Of a stretch of DNA of 49,466 nt, positions 40,988 to 49,466 are shown piece after piece (within the stretch, counting starts at the first letter, position 1; each line of letters opens with the position of its first letter). The notes beneath the pieces were generated by a model that worked only from the letters and a program-made list of their open reading frames with translations, was not told the DNA's origin and did no database searches. Source of the DNA: Candidatus Thorarchaeota archaeon (GTDB lineage: Archaea > Asgardarchaeota > Thorarchaeia > Thorarchaeales > Thorarchaeaceae); assembly GCA_048882045.1 (NCBI GenBank), contig JBHLRZ010000026.1:1-49466 (forward strand). The letters are read 5' to 3'. Both the position numbers and the translations under genes were made by a program.

Positions 40988-41279
40988 GTATCGCTCAGGT
41001 GTGGAGATTCCGTTTGATGTCAGCGAAGAAGACATCATGAGGGCTCTTGAAATTGGTCATGGGTACAAATGGACTGTCCTCATTAAACATCCGGTAGTTG
41101 TCGCACATGGCGCACCAACCATAGGGAATATGCCAGAGCTGTTGATGTCGGGAGATTGTACTTTGATTGTTGATGGAGGCGATCCTGCATATGTTGAACG
41201 TCTCAGACAGGTTCTAACAATGCTACAGAGACATTCTCAGAGTCACATAGCTAATTCGGAGGGAGTGACTGTTGGGTAA
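40974..41279 (+). CDS. small hypothetical protein
   Basis: 101 aa, AGGAGGT SD, overlaps both neighbours. Confidence 0.7.
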   Translation: MSRIEYRSGVEIPFDVSEEDIMRALEIGHGYKWTVLIKHPVVVAHGAPTIGNMPELLMSGDCTLIVDGGDPAYVERLRQVLTMLQRHSQSHIANSEGVTVG

Positions 41280-43617
41280 ACGTCTGATTCTTGGAACAGA
41301 ACCAGAGGTTGACCCTCTACAGGAGATTTCAGGCAAATCAACACAGATTACAACTGGAACGGAAATCAGATGGGAAAGCAGAGAACTTGGTCGTCCATTG
41401 GCCCGCATCTCAATCATATCGTTACTAGCAATTGCAATTGGATTTGCATTTCCGATTCTCGTGACCTTTACTGCAGGAATCTTCCTGTTCTTTCACTATG
41501 TTACGCCAAAGATCAGAGAGCAACGAGAGATCTCGCAACTACTCCAGGGATCCTGGCAGGAGATACCAGAGGATGATGTGTCATATATTGTGAATCCTGA
41601 AAATGTTGAGCTACGAGGAACAGGACCTGCACATTATTCGGTTGCAATGGATCTTGGAAAAGCAAGTCCTACACTGTTGGGAAATGTTGGATCTCTAGTA
41701 AGATCTATCGACACCTCAAATGGTTTTGGACTCTATGTTACGATGAGGAAAGAGAAGATAACTAGAGCGATGGATGAAGAAAAAATCTCCAACATGTTGG
41801 AGGGATATCTCACAGCACTATCAAAGGGGGAATTGGATGCCTATCTTACAAGAAGAAGCGGGCTCTGGGCTACACATGTGTCAATAATTGGACATATGAA
41901 GGATGATGCACAGGTAGATACCTTTGAAGCATCAGTAAGAGGAGCAGTCCCTGAGAGGGATTGGAAACGATTAAAGCCAGTTGAACTCCATTCAAGGTTA
42001 ATTCAACAAAAGTTGGACAGACAACAAGGATGGTTCTATGCAGTTGGCTCTGAGCTATCAGAATGGTTGGTTCAGCTAAGGAGTGAATTAGCTGCTGAAG
42101 TAGGGAGCAATATTCCGGGTCAATTCATAGCTCCGATTAGAAGCAGACCTGACGACTATAGATTGGGAGTCATACTAAATCCAGATACTCTTCAGACAGG
42201 TCCATCTGCTGGATTAGCTCATAGAGATTTAGAAGCAGGCACCCTACTGTGTGGAGGAACAGAACAAAGTAGAAACAATGTCATAACGTTGATCACAGAC
42301 GAACTACTCAAGGCTGGGAAACGGGTCATTGTAGTCACTGGATCTTCGACACTTGCAAACTTAACTGTCTTGACTGACGCGTCTGTTCATCTGGAACTTG
42401 GTAGAGACCTCGTATTGAATCCGATAGATGCAGAAGGTGTATCACGAACAGATTATGTTCCTCTTTTGATCTCTGCTTTACAGGTCGTTGCAGCTCAGGA
42501 TCTGCGAGGGGCAGCTGAACTAGAGATTGCAATTGGTCGTGCAGTATCATTAGGTAATGCTACTCTCGCTGATGTCAGATTTACATCAGATTTTGATAAT
42601 CCCGAGTCAATAGACGATAGATCACAAACTGGAAACCTAAAACCATCTAAAAAATCGTTGATAGGAATGGAAGCGATACGGTCTCTGCATATGGGACCAG
42701 CTGCAAGAGCATTCTATGGAACACAGACTGTTCCTACAAGGAGACTCGCGGATCCGTCATTGACAGTAATCAGAGTGTCTCTTGGTTCTACCGGATTGGA
42801 TAGTTTCGCTTGGAATTTGATGTGCATGAAGTTGGCTGGTTTGAATCCAGATCCGAATGTGGTTGTTATTCTCGATGGTGCTGAGAATATGAGAATCAGA
42901 AACCGTCGATTCATGAAGCACGATTCGTTCTCTGAACGGCTTCTGAAGAACTTGGTTAGGAGAGGACCTCTTGTGTTGTCTCTCGAGCATCCAGCAGATA
43001 TGGCACCTGGTGCAATTGGAGTTCTAACTTCTTGTGTATCGTTGAGACTCAGGGAATCAGTAGATATACACTATGCCGCAGATTTACTCGGACTTAACGT
43101 CATTACAACAGGTATGCACACCAAAGCGAGAATCTCTCCAAGGGAGTCATCCTTCTTGAGAGTAATGGATGACGATACTGTACTTTTGGTTCATGATGGC
43201 ACAGAGACCTGTCAACCTGTTAGACTGGCGACACCACCGCTACTCGAACCAAGAACCAGTGGCGACGTGTCAGATCGAGTTGACAAGCTTGTACCAACAG
43301 AGGCTAAGCATCAGTCCATACACGAACGGACTCTTCTCGACACAGTGGCTGGAGATGGTAGAAACCTCGCTATCATAGTATTGAAGCTTCTTGAGAGGTA
43401 CGAGCCCCTCACAGAGGAAGCAGTTAGGAGATTTGTGATCGCGAATGGAAACGATCCAAACCCAGATGTTGAAGGGATTCTAGCAAGACTGGAACACGCG
43501 AGCATGATACTACGTGGACATGAAAACCACAGTGGAGTATCTTATGCTAATTTCAGAATCACAATGAAAGGATCAATGGCTCTGAAGCAGTCCGATGAGG
43601 TGGGTGCTATTACGTGA
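41272..43617 (+). CDS. membrane-anchored HerA/FtsK/VirB4-superfamily protein with degenerate ATPase motifs and C-terminal winged helix
   Basis: N-terminal TM hairpin; TLLCGGTEQSRNN at the Walker A position; LNPID; VVVILDGAEN at Walker B; LVLSLEHPADM...CVSLRL matches the hhhATQ-P-D..N..h-FRL region. Confidence 0.65.
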   Translation: MGKRLILGTEPEVDPLQEISGKSTQITTGTEIRWESRELGRPLARISIISLLAIAIGFAFPILVTFTAGIFLFFHYVTPKIREQREISQLLQGSWQEIPEDDVSYIVNPENVELRGTGPAHYSVAMDLGKASPTLLGNVGSLVRSIDTSNGFGLYVTMRKEKITRAMDEEKISNMLEGYLTALSKGELDAYLTRRSGLWATHVSIIGHMKDDAQVDTFEASVRGAVPERDWKRLKPVELHSRLIQQKLDRQQGWFYAVGSELSEWLVQLRSELAAEVGSNIPGQFIAPIRSRPDDYRLGVILNPDTLQTGPSAGLAHRDLEAGTLLCGGTEQSRNNVITLITDELLKAGKRVIVVTGSSTLANLTVLTDASVHLELGRDLVLNPIDAEGVSRTDYVPLLISALQVVAAQDLRGAAELEIAIGRAVSLGNATLADVRFTSDFDNPESIDDRSQTGNLKPSKKSLIGMEAIRSLHMGPAARAFYGTQTVPTRRLADPSLTVIRVSLGSTGLDSFAWNLMCMKLAGLNPDPNVVVILDGAENMRIRNRRFMKHDSFSERLLKNLVRRGPLVLSLEHPADMAPGAIGVLTSCVSLRLRESVDIHYAADLLGLNVITTGMHTKARISPRESSFLRVMDDDTVLLVHDGTETCQPVRLATPPLLEPRTSGDVSDRVDKLVPTEAKHQSIHERTLLDTVAGDGRNLAIIVLKLLERYEPLTEEAVRRFVIANGNDPNPDVEGILARLEHASMILRGHENHSGVSYANFRITMKGSMALKQSDEVGAIT

Positions 43618-45809
43618 TGGCTGTGTCAGATGTTTCCATAAAGGTAGAGCAGATGATTGGGAAAGCAGGCATTAAACCTAGAGGAATCCAGACTATCGCA
43701 AAGGACAAGGGGTTGTTAGATGGAAAGAGTATGATGGTCTGTAGTCCCACTGGCAGTGGGAAGACACTGGTCGGAGAGATGGCACTACTCAGGGCTGTGA
43801 CTACTGGTAGGAAAGGGATGTTCTTAGTACCTTTGAGAGCTTTGGCTGTCCAGGTTACACAAATCTTGAAGGAACGGTATGAGGTATTTGGAATAGCAGT
43901 AGGACTCAGTAGTGGTGATTTCCAGAATTCTGGAGAGGACTTGGTGGATTATGACATTCTTGTCACTACGTATGAAAGGGCGGATTCACTATTACGTCGT
44001 GGAGTTGAATGGATTAGCGAGATAGGAACCATAGTAATTGACGAGATTCAGACCCTTTCTGACCCTGGTCGTGGAGCTCGTCTCGAGAGTCTGATACTCA
44101 GACTCAAACGAATTTCATCAGAACTCCAAATCATTGCACTCTCAGCAACAATCGGAGCTCCTGACGAACTAGCCGAATGGATAGGTTGTGATCTCATCGA
44201 GTCTGATGAGCGTCCTGTTCCTCTTGTTTGTCAAGTGATTTCAGCGGCTAACAAGAATCACAGCATCAAGAACTTGGTCATGTCGACGGTTCAGGGTGAT
44301 GGTCAAGCAATTGTCTTCAGCAGGACCAGGAGGGAAGCTGAAGCACAGGCACTTCGACTCGCAGAAGATGTCGGACGCCAATTCTCCACAAAGGAGAAAG
44401 ACCAACTGGATTTGGAACTCCAATCCGTAGAGAACTCCACAGTGAACATACCATCTGATGTCAGAGCCCTACTTCATGATGGCACAGCATATCATCATGC
44501 AGGTCTGGACTATCAGACAAGACGACTCATAGAGAAATTATTCAACAGGGGGCTCGTTCGTTTGATTTGTTCAACATCGACGCTTGCTGCAGGGATGGAC
44601 TTACCTGCCAGAACTGTGGTGCTCTCGAGTGTGAGGTCACCCCGTGACTATAGAAATTACATGACTGCAAACAGTGTTCATCAGATGCTTGGAAGAGCTG
44701 GTCGTCCTGGCCATGATCGAGTCGGTTTTGGTGTGATAGTTGCTGGGAGTACTGGCGAAGCAGACATGATCAAAGAACGTTACTTCGACAGAATTATTGA
44801 GGAGGATGGAAAGACAGAGAATCTCATTCCTAGATATAATCCAATATCCAGTGTTCTAGGAGAGCCTAATGCTCTGGCTGAGCAGTTGCTAGTCATGTTA
44901 GATATGTTGACCTCGGCTTCAATTGATGATGTTGAAAACGGAATATTGGGCGAATCATATCTGATCCATTGTGCAATCCGAGATACACAGGCTCCTATGA
45001 GAGTCTTACATCTCGGAGAGATATCAGCAGAAGCTGCAATCGAGAGCCACGCACTACCCGACACCATTCACTCGGCACGAAAAGGCGTACTTGGCGAAAC
45101 TAGGATTCGTGAACAGCATGAAACAGTCATAGGAGGGCTTGTAGCGGGTTTTCAAGGCGGACAATTCACCTGCCGATTCTCTGCAAGACTCTCAGCGGCA
45201 GGTACCTCAGAAGGAGCAATGTGCTCATGCGGTAAGCCAATGTCTGAATCTGGGATACTTTGTCACCATCTTGTGGCTTTAGGTATGAGTGCCGCAAAGG
45301 AACTAGGCTCACTTGCTGACTACGTTATTCCACTGGCGCTGTCCGAAACTTCGCCACTAGGGCTCTTGATAAGGCTGGGACTGGTCGAGGGAGATGAGGA
45401 GAGTAGGCTAAAGCCTACACGACTTGGTAGAGCTACGAATCGACTCTATCTAAGTATTGCAACAGTGAGAGAACTCCTTGCTCTCATTCCAACTACTGAG
45501 GATAGCAGGATGCTTCTCTGGTTACTTCGCCACCTAGTTTCTCTCGAGAGTGGATTAGGTCTTGATGATTCATTTGACAACATGCTGGCTGCATTGGTTT
45601 CAACTGACATCCCATTGAAACAGATTGCAGACCAGAATGACATCAGTCTGGGGGACATGTATGGCTTGATTGAGACCTCTAGATGGCTCCTTCATTCGAT
45701 TGCTGTTGTAGCAGAGCTAGGAGGTCTCTCGAAAGTACATGGGATGTCAAGAAGTCTTCTGGAAGCAATAGAAGACAAATTCGGAAATCGAGGAGAACAC
45801 GACAGATGA
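43614..45809 (+). CDS. Hel308/Ski2-like SF2 helicase with an inserted SWIM zinc finger
   Basis: SPTGSGKT, PLRALA, TTYE, DEIQ, LSATI, YHHAGL, TSTLAAGMDLPA, QMLGRAGRP; CSC-x10-CHH at 45222-45269. Confidence 0.92.
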   Translation: MMAVSDVSIKVEQMIGKAGIKPRGIQTIAKDKGLLDGKSMMVCSPTGSGKTLVGEMALLRAVTTGRKGMFLVPLRALAVQVTQILKERYEVFGIAVGLSSGDFQNSGEDLVDYDILVTTYERADSLLRRGVEWISEIGTIVIDEIQTLSDPGRGARLESLILRLKRISSELQIIALSATIGAPDELAEWIGCDLIESDERPVPLVCQVISAANKNHSIKNLVMSTVQGDGQAIVFSRTRREAEAQALRLAEDVGRQFSTKEKDQLDLELQSVENSTVNIPSDVRALLHDGTAYHHAGLDYQTRRLIEKLFNRGLVRLICSTSTLAAGMDLPARTVVLSSVRSPRDYRNYMTANSVHQMLGRAGRPGHDRVGFGVIVAGSTGEADMIKERYFDRIIEEDGKTENLIPRYNPISSVLGEPNALAEQLLVMLDMLTSASIDDVENGILGESYLIHCAIRDTQAPMRVLHLGEISAEAAIESHALPDTIHSARKGVLGETRIREQHETVIGGLVAGFQGGQFTCRFSARLSAAGTSEGAMCSCGKPMSESGILCHHLVALGMSAAKELGSLADYVIPLALSETSPLGLLIRLGLVEGDEESRLKPTRLGRATNRLYLSIATVRELLALIPTTEDSRMLLWLLRHLVSLESGLGLDDSFDNMLAALVSTDIPLKQIADQNDISLGDMYGLIETSRWLLHSIAVVAELGGLSKVHGMSRSLLEAIEDKFGNRGEHDR

Positions 45810-47431
45810 CAATCGTAAGGGAAGAGGACGAAACAGCGGAAGGAGAAGATCTAGAAAAAGGACATTCAGCAGAAGCAACAATTGCTCACGACATAACTGA
45901 TGCACTAAGATTGACGGATCATTTTACAGCTAATTATCCCAATGGTCTGACCCTGGGCGTGCGGTTGGAGGCTGTACCTGGAACGAGAGGTGTTCATGTC
46001 GATACAGTCTACGTTCTAGACTTGCGAGAGGCATCCTTTGGAAAGAGTAGTCTTGCAATGAGAGCTGCAGTTCTTGAAAGCATCAACAGGTCCCTGATCC
46101 GGGTACTTGGAGATGTCGGGCTAGAGGAGCTTATGCATGAACAATCAGTCTTGACACCGTGGGGGCGTGTGCGGCTTCCACTGCTCAGGGGAGCAAAGGG
46201 CAAGTCCTCATCGCTCATTCATGAAACACGTACAGTGTATGTCATAACCGAAGGGACCAAGCCTACCATGGATCTGTCATGGCTCACAGATAGTGGACGT
46301 GTCGTTACTCCAGAAGAATTTGTACTCATCAGAAAGAGTGACACACGTTCTAGACTACCGAATCTTAAGAAGTCCGTCACAGCTTACAAATGGGGACTCC
46401 TTGAAAACGGTTTCACTCGTGGTTGGTTTGGTGTACTTGCTCTTGCAAGTCTAATCGTTGCTGTTTCTGCAATCCTCATTGTTCTCATACAAGGTTCTGG
46501 ATCGCTCATATTGCCACTTGTAGCTAGTGCACTCTCAGTTATTGTAGGAGGTTGGCTTCTCAGGTCTTCAAGAAACTCGATAAATGGATTTGTTACAACT
46601 GTTTCTAACGAACAAGAATTGTTGGATCGCATAGGAGATGCTGAGAGAATCTCTCAATCAATCATCACCAATGAGGACAAGCTGATCTTGATTGGAGACC
46701 TCAATTTCGTCGTATCACCCCTCATTGCTGCTGCAGGGAAGTTTCTCGAAGAGGGAAATGTAGACGCCGCTGTCAGTTCAGCATGTGCAGTGCTCGATGA
46801 GTGTGTCAGGCTAGCGCCTATCGAGAGTGGCACAAATTCATTGCTCATGGAATCAGCGGATGAAGGGCTTCGCAAATTTATGGGATTATTCGAAGACTTG
46901 GGTGGTGTAGAAGAGAAGGAGGCACTAGCACTTGCTTATGTTGGTCTAACTGGTCATATGACAAAACCGATTGATTTTGATGAAGCTGTTACACACCTCG
47001 CTGAGCTCAACAATGCCCTCTATCATGTCGGAGCTCTCAGACCGGATATTAAGGAGGGGATTGACAGTCACCTGAATAAACGAGCCATGATGCAAACAGT
47101 AGAAGCGATAGACAAGGAGCTTTCTCAAGAAGAACCACAAATCCCAGAGGCTCCCCCATCAGGATCTGAAGAGGTGTTCCAACCAGAAATGGAGAATCCA
47201 GTAGAAGTTGAATTAAACTCGATGATTCGTGGAGCTTCAGTTGACAAATCTGAAGAACCCAAAGAGCAAACTTCTGATTTGGATTTAACAGCAGCTGATA
47301 TTGTTTCTGGAAGAGCGAAAAAACGGAAGAAGAAAATCAAAGACACAAAGCAACTCTCTCTGTTGGACGACCTCGATCTTGGTGAGACCGCCAGTGGTGT
47401 TGGAGAGGAGCGTGAATCTGCAAGTGTCTAG
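45806..47431 (+). CDS. two-TM membrane protein with acidic tail, basic patch and QLSLL motif
   Basis: True start is likely ATG 45806 (GAGGAG SD, ATGA overlap with the helicase stop). Central TM hairpin; KKRKKK...KQLSLLDDL. Confidence 0.75.
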   Translation: MTIVREEDETAEGEDLEKGHSAEATIAHDITDALRLTDHFTANYPNGLTLGVRLEAVPGTRGVHVDTVYVLDLREASFGKSSLAMRAAVLESINRSLIRVLGDVGLEELMHEQSVLTPWGRVRLPLLRGAKGKSSSLIHETRTVYVITEGTKPTMDLSWLTDSGRVVTPEEFVLIRKSDTRSRLPNLKKSVTAYKWGLLENGFTRGWFGVLALASLIVAVSAILIVLIQGSGSLILPLVASALSVIVGGWLLRSSRNSINGFVTTVSNEQELLDRIGDAERISQSIITNEDKLILIGDLNFVVSPLIAAAGKFLEEGNVDAAVSSACAVLDECVRLAPIESGTNSLLMESADEGLRKFMGLFEDLGGVEEKEALALAYVGLTGHMTKPIDFDEAVTHLAELNNALYHVGALRPDIKEGIDSHLNKRAMMQTVEAIDKELSQEEPQIPEAPPSGSEEVFQPEMENPVEVELNSMIRGASVDKSEEPKEQTSDLDLTAADIVSGRAKKRKKKIKDTKQLSLLDDLDLGETASGVGEERESASV

Positions 47432-48080
47432 ACATCGATTGATAGAACAGCTGGGTCTCCGAGGTCTGATTCACATCTGGGGAGAAGCTGGTTCAGGAAA
47501 GACGATGTTAGCAAGCAAGATAGCTGCTGATGAGTCAAGGTGTTCAAAGGTCGAGTGGATAAACACGGACTCAAAGCAAAGCTTTGTAGGTCGACTGAAA
47601 CTGGATATTAATGATCAGGGAGGCAATTTGGACAATGTAATTGTTTCAATTGTAAATGATAGGAGTGCAATCAGAGAACTGATTCTTAACATGGGAAATG
47701 TCGTCGAACCAGGGGTCTCACTTGTGGTGATTGACCCGATAACAAGAGTCTTGGATATGTCTAGGAAAGACCCAAACCTTTGGGGGAGAGAGATGGTCGA
47801 GGTGGCTCTTCCGTCTTTGGTTGGTTTGGTGAAGAAGAAGAACGTGAATGTCATCATAACAAGCGAAGCTCGAACCTTGGACGAACAGACAACTGTTGCA
47901 GTCCATCATAAGACGATATCGAAGTGGGCGGACTATGAGCTTCATATAATTAAAAGCCGGGATGGTGGAACTTCTCAAATCATTAGGGAAGATGAAGACA
48001 CTGTGCAGATGGGATTGCTAGGTCTACAAGAGAATTCTCTTGTTCTTACTTCAAGTCATTCCAGTGTTCTGGAGGTGTGA
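47424..48080 (+). CDS. RadB-like RecA-fold ATPase (no N-terminal HhH domain)
   Basis: IHIWGEAGSGKT Walker A, WINTD, LVVIDPIT, IITSE. GTG start at 47424 or 47412. Confidence 0.8.
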   Translation: MSRHRLIEQLGLRGLIHIWGEAGSGKTMLASKIAADESRCSKVEWINTDSKQSFVGRLKLDINDQGGNLDNVIVSIVNDRSAIRELILNMGNVVEPGVSLVVIDPITRVLDMSRKDPNLWGREMVEVALPSLVGLVKKKNVNVIITSEARTLDEQTTVAVHHKTISKWADYELHIIKSRDGGTSQIIREDEDTVQMGLLGLQENSLVLTSSHSSVLEV

Positions 48081-49049
48081 GTGTTGTTTGGAAAGGGTCT
48101 GATAAAGATCATTGGATTGATTATCACGGGGGCAATCGCACTTGCAGGAGGAGCAGAACTTCTGGCATCAGTCGTTTCGGTTGTTCTATCCTTTCGATCT
48201 GGGAATCCATTACCACTCGTAACTGTTGTCATCATAGCAGTCGTACTTCTACGTCTTGTAAAGCGCCAGTCTGAGAATACTCCTGTCAAATTGATATTGA
48301 ACATTGCTTCGTATGCGGCTTCCGGATATGTAGCTGTGGTGACTTTTGTCATAGGACTACCCTACGGACTCGTTGCAGCAGTCGCGACATCAGTCATTGC
48401 AGTAGTTCTCTGTTCATTTATGGGAGACCCTTCATCAGTGTTTGAGCAGCTGCAGCTTGGATTGCCAGGTTTGTTTCTGGGAGTAAGAATTGATGGACTC
48501 ACCAAGAGAGTAATACCTGTTGGAAATGGCATGTCATTTGCTCTCAATAAGATCCACAATCTGATTTTGATCGACAACTCAGAGAGAGAGAAGATTGTGC
48601 AATTGATGCGTGACAGACCACGGCTACCGGTCTCACTTACTCATTTTGAGGACAGCGATGTGTTATTTATCACAACTGAAGACCAAGTACTTGTTGAAAG
48701 TGTCAGGTCCCTTCTTGTCTCAGCTCGGATTGACACGAACGGACCTCCCAGTCCTCTCCTCGGTGAAGTGATTCAAATGATTCCAATCATAGATGAGAGG
48801 AACGGTCTCTTTACGAGGAACTACAGATTGGCTAGAGATGAAAAGTCAGTGTCTGACTTATTGTTAACCTCACCAATACGGATGATAGTCTTCCCCTCTG
48901 ACTCAGGTCCAATGATTATCGTCCCAGATAGTGAGTCCACCGGACTCAATGTAGAAACTCTACCTACAGGTCATGAACACGATATCTTGTTGAATCGTGA
49001 TTTCAAATCGTTAATGGAGGAGAGCAAACCCGTTGAGAGTTCCACTTGA
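48081..49049 (+). CDS. membrane protein (about four N-terminal TM helices plus soluble domain)
   Basis: Hydrophobic first ~110 aa; GGAGGTG SD; abuts the RadB-like gene. Confidence 0.75.
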   Translation: MLFGKGLIKIIGLIITGAIALAGGAELLASVVSVVLSFRSGNPLPLVTVVIIAVVLLRLVKRQSENTPVKLILNIASYAASGYVAVVTFVIGLPYGLVAAVATSVIAVVLCSFMGDPSSVFEQLQLGLPGLFLGVRIDGLTKRVIPVGNGMSFALNKIHNLILIDNSEREKIVQLMRDRPRLPVSLTHFEDSDVLFITTEDQVLVESVRSLLVSARIDTNGPPSPLLGEVIQMIPIIDERNGLFTRNYRLARDEKSVSDLLLTSPIRMIVFPSDSGPMIIVPDSESTGLNVETLPTGHEHDILLNRDFKSLMEESKPVESST

Positions 49050-49466
49050 ATCGATTAACGAACCTCAGAGCCTTGAGATTCGGTTCACACCTAGAGTCCT
49101 TGATAGGACATTTGGGAGTCTAATTCAACCTAGGTCTATCAGTGTCCTGCATGGTGATGAGCGAGCTCCTCTCAGTATTCTTGCTCATACCATCGCAGTT
49201 TCGGTCGCAAAGACCAATCATGATGCAATATGCATCTTTCTTGATTCTGGATCAAACTATAGTCCCGCGTTAGTCAGAACATTATCAACTGACAACGAGG
49301 TTCTAGAGAGGATATTAGTCGGGAATGTTATGGGCCTCTCAGACGTTCTAGAATTGATTGGCAACCTAGATCCATTGTCAGAGGTACCAATCATCATCTT
49401 GGACAATCTGACTGGTGCACTGAATCTCACAGGTGCTCCTGGATCAAAAGGAAGACAAAGAGAACT
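49033..49466 (+). CDS. inactivated RadA/RecA-like protein (truncated by window end; absent from the ORF track)
   Basis: Manual translation from TTG 49033: MRVPLESINEPQSLEIRFTPRVLDRTFGSLIQPRSISVLHGDERAPLSILAHTIAV...CIFLDSGSNYSP...VLERILVG...IIILDNLT...RQRE. RecA-fold layout with decayed Walker A. Confidence 0.75.
   Translation, partial: MRVPLESINEPQSLEIRFTPRVLDRTFGSLIQPRSISVLHGDERAPLSILAHTIAVSVAKTNHDAICIFLDSGSNYSPALVRTLSTDNEVLERILVGNVMGLSDVLELIGNLDPLSEVPIIILDNLTGALNLTGAPGSKGRQRE

Noticed and set aside
45683-45805. 41-aa N-terminal extension of the 582-aa ORF
   Set aside because: It overlaps the helicase coding region; the ATG at 45806 has an SD and an ATGA coupling.
47301-47411. N-terminal extension of the RadB-like ORF
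   Set aside because: It lies within the upstream gene; GTG starts at 47412/47424 follow an SD.
35043-49466. Operon as an integrated conjugative element or provirus
   Set aside because: No integrase, relaxase, att/tRNA site, capsid or primase is seen in the window, and the VirB4-like protein is degenerate. It cannot be fully excluded because the right end is missing.

Overview
Archaeal chromosomal window, most likely Asgard (Thorarchaeota-like). This is an inference from two archaeal TFB genes, a RadA, Hel308/XPD-type helicases, a degenerate Ras/Rab-fold small GTPase and frequent GGAGG(TG) Shine-Dalgarno sites with TTG/GTG/CTG starts. The first ~34 kb holds mixed housekeeping and accessory genes: MFS transporters, GNATs, GH3 beta-glucosidase, cysS, larA-like, a feoA/split-feoB/feoC/dtxR operon with tandem DtxR-type operators, bacterial-type NAD-dependent ligA, tandem tfb paralogs behind a structured leader, and a GH3 acyl-amido synthetase behind a hairpin-sequestered leader ORF. 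The standout is 35043 to the window end: at least 14 same-strand, overlapping genes. They encode a degenerate LAGLIDADG-like protein, a divergent RadA, a Zn-ribbon/winged-helix protein, an XPD/DinG Fe-S helicase, a membrane-anchored catalytically degenerate HerA/VirB4-like ATPase, a Hel308-like helicase with an inserted SWIM zinc finger, two more RecA-fold paralogs (one with an inactivated Walker A) and several membrane proteins. This looks like an uncharacterised membrane-associated DNA recombination/repair (possibly DNA-import) system. No tRNA, rRNA, CRISPR array or transposase was recognised.
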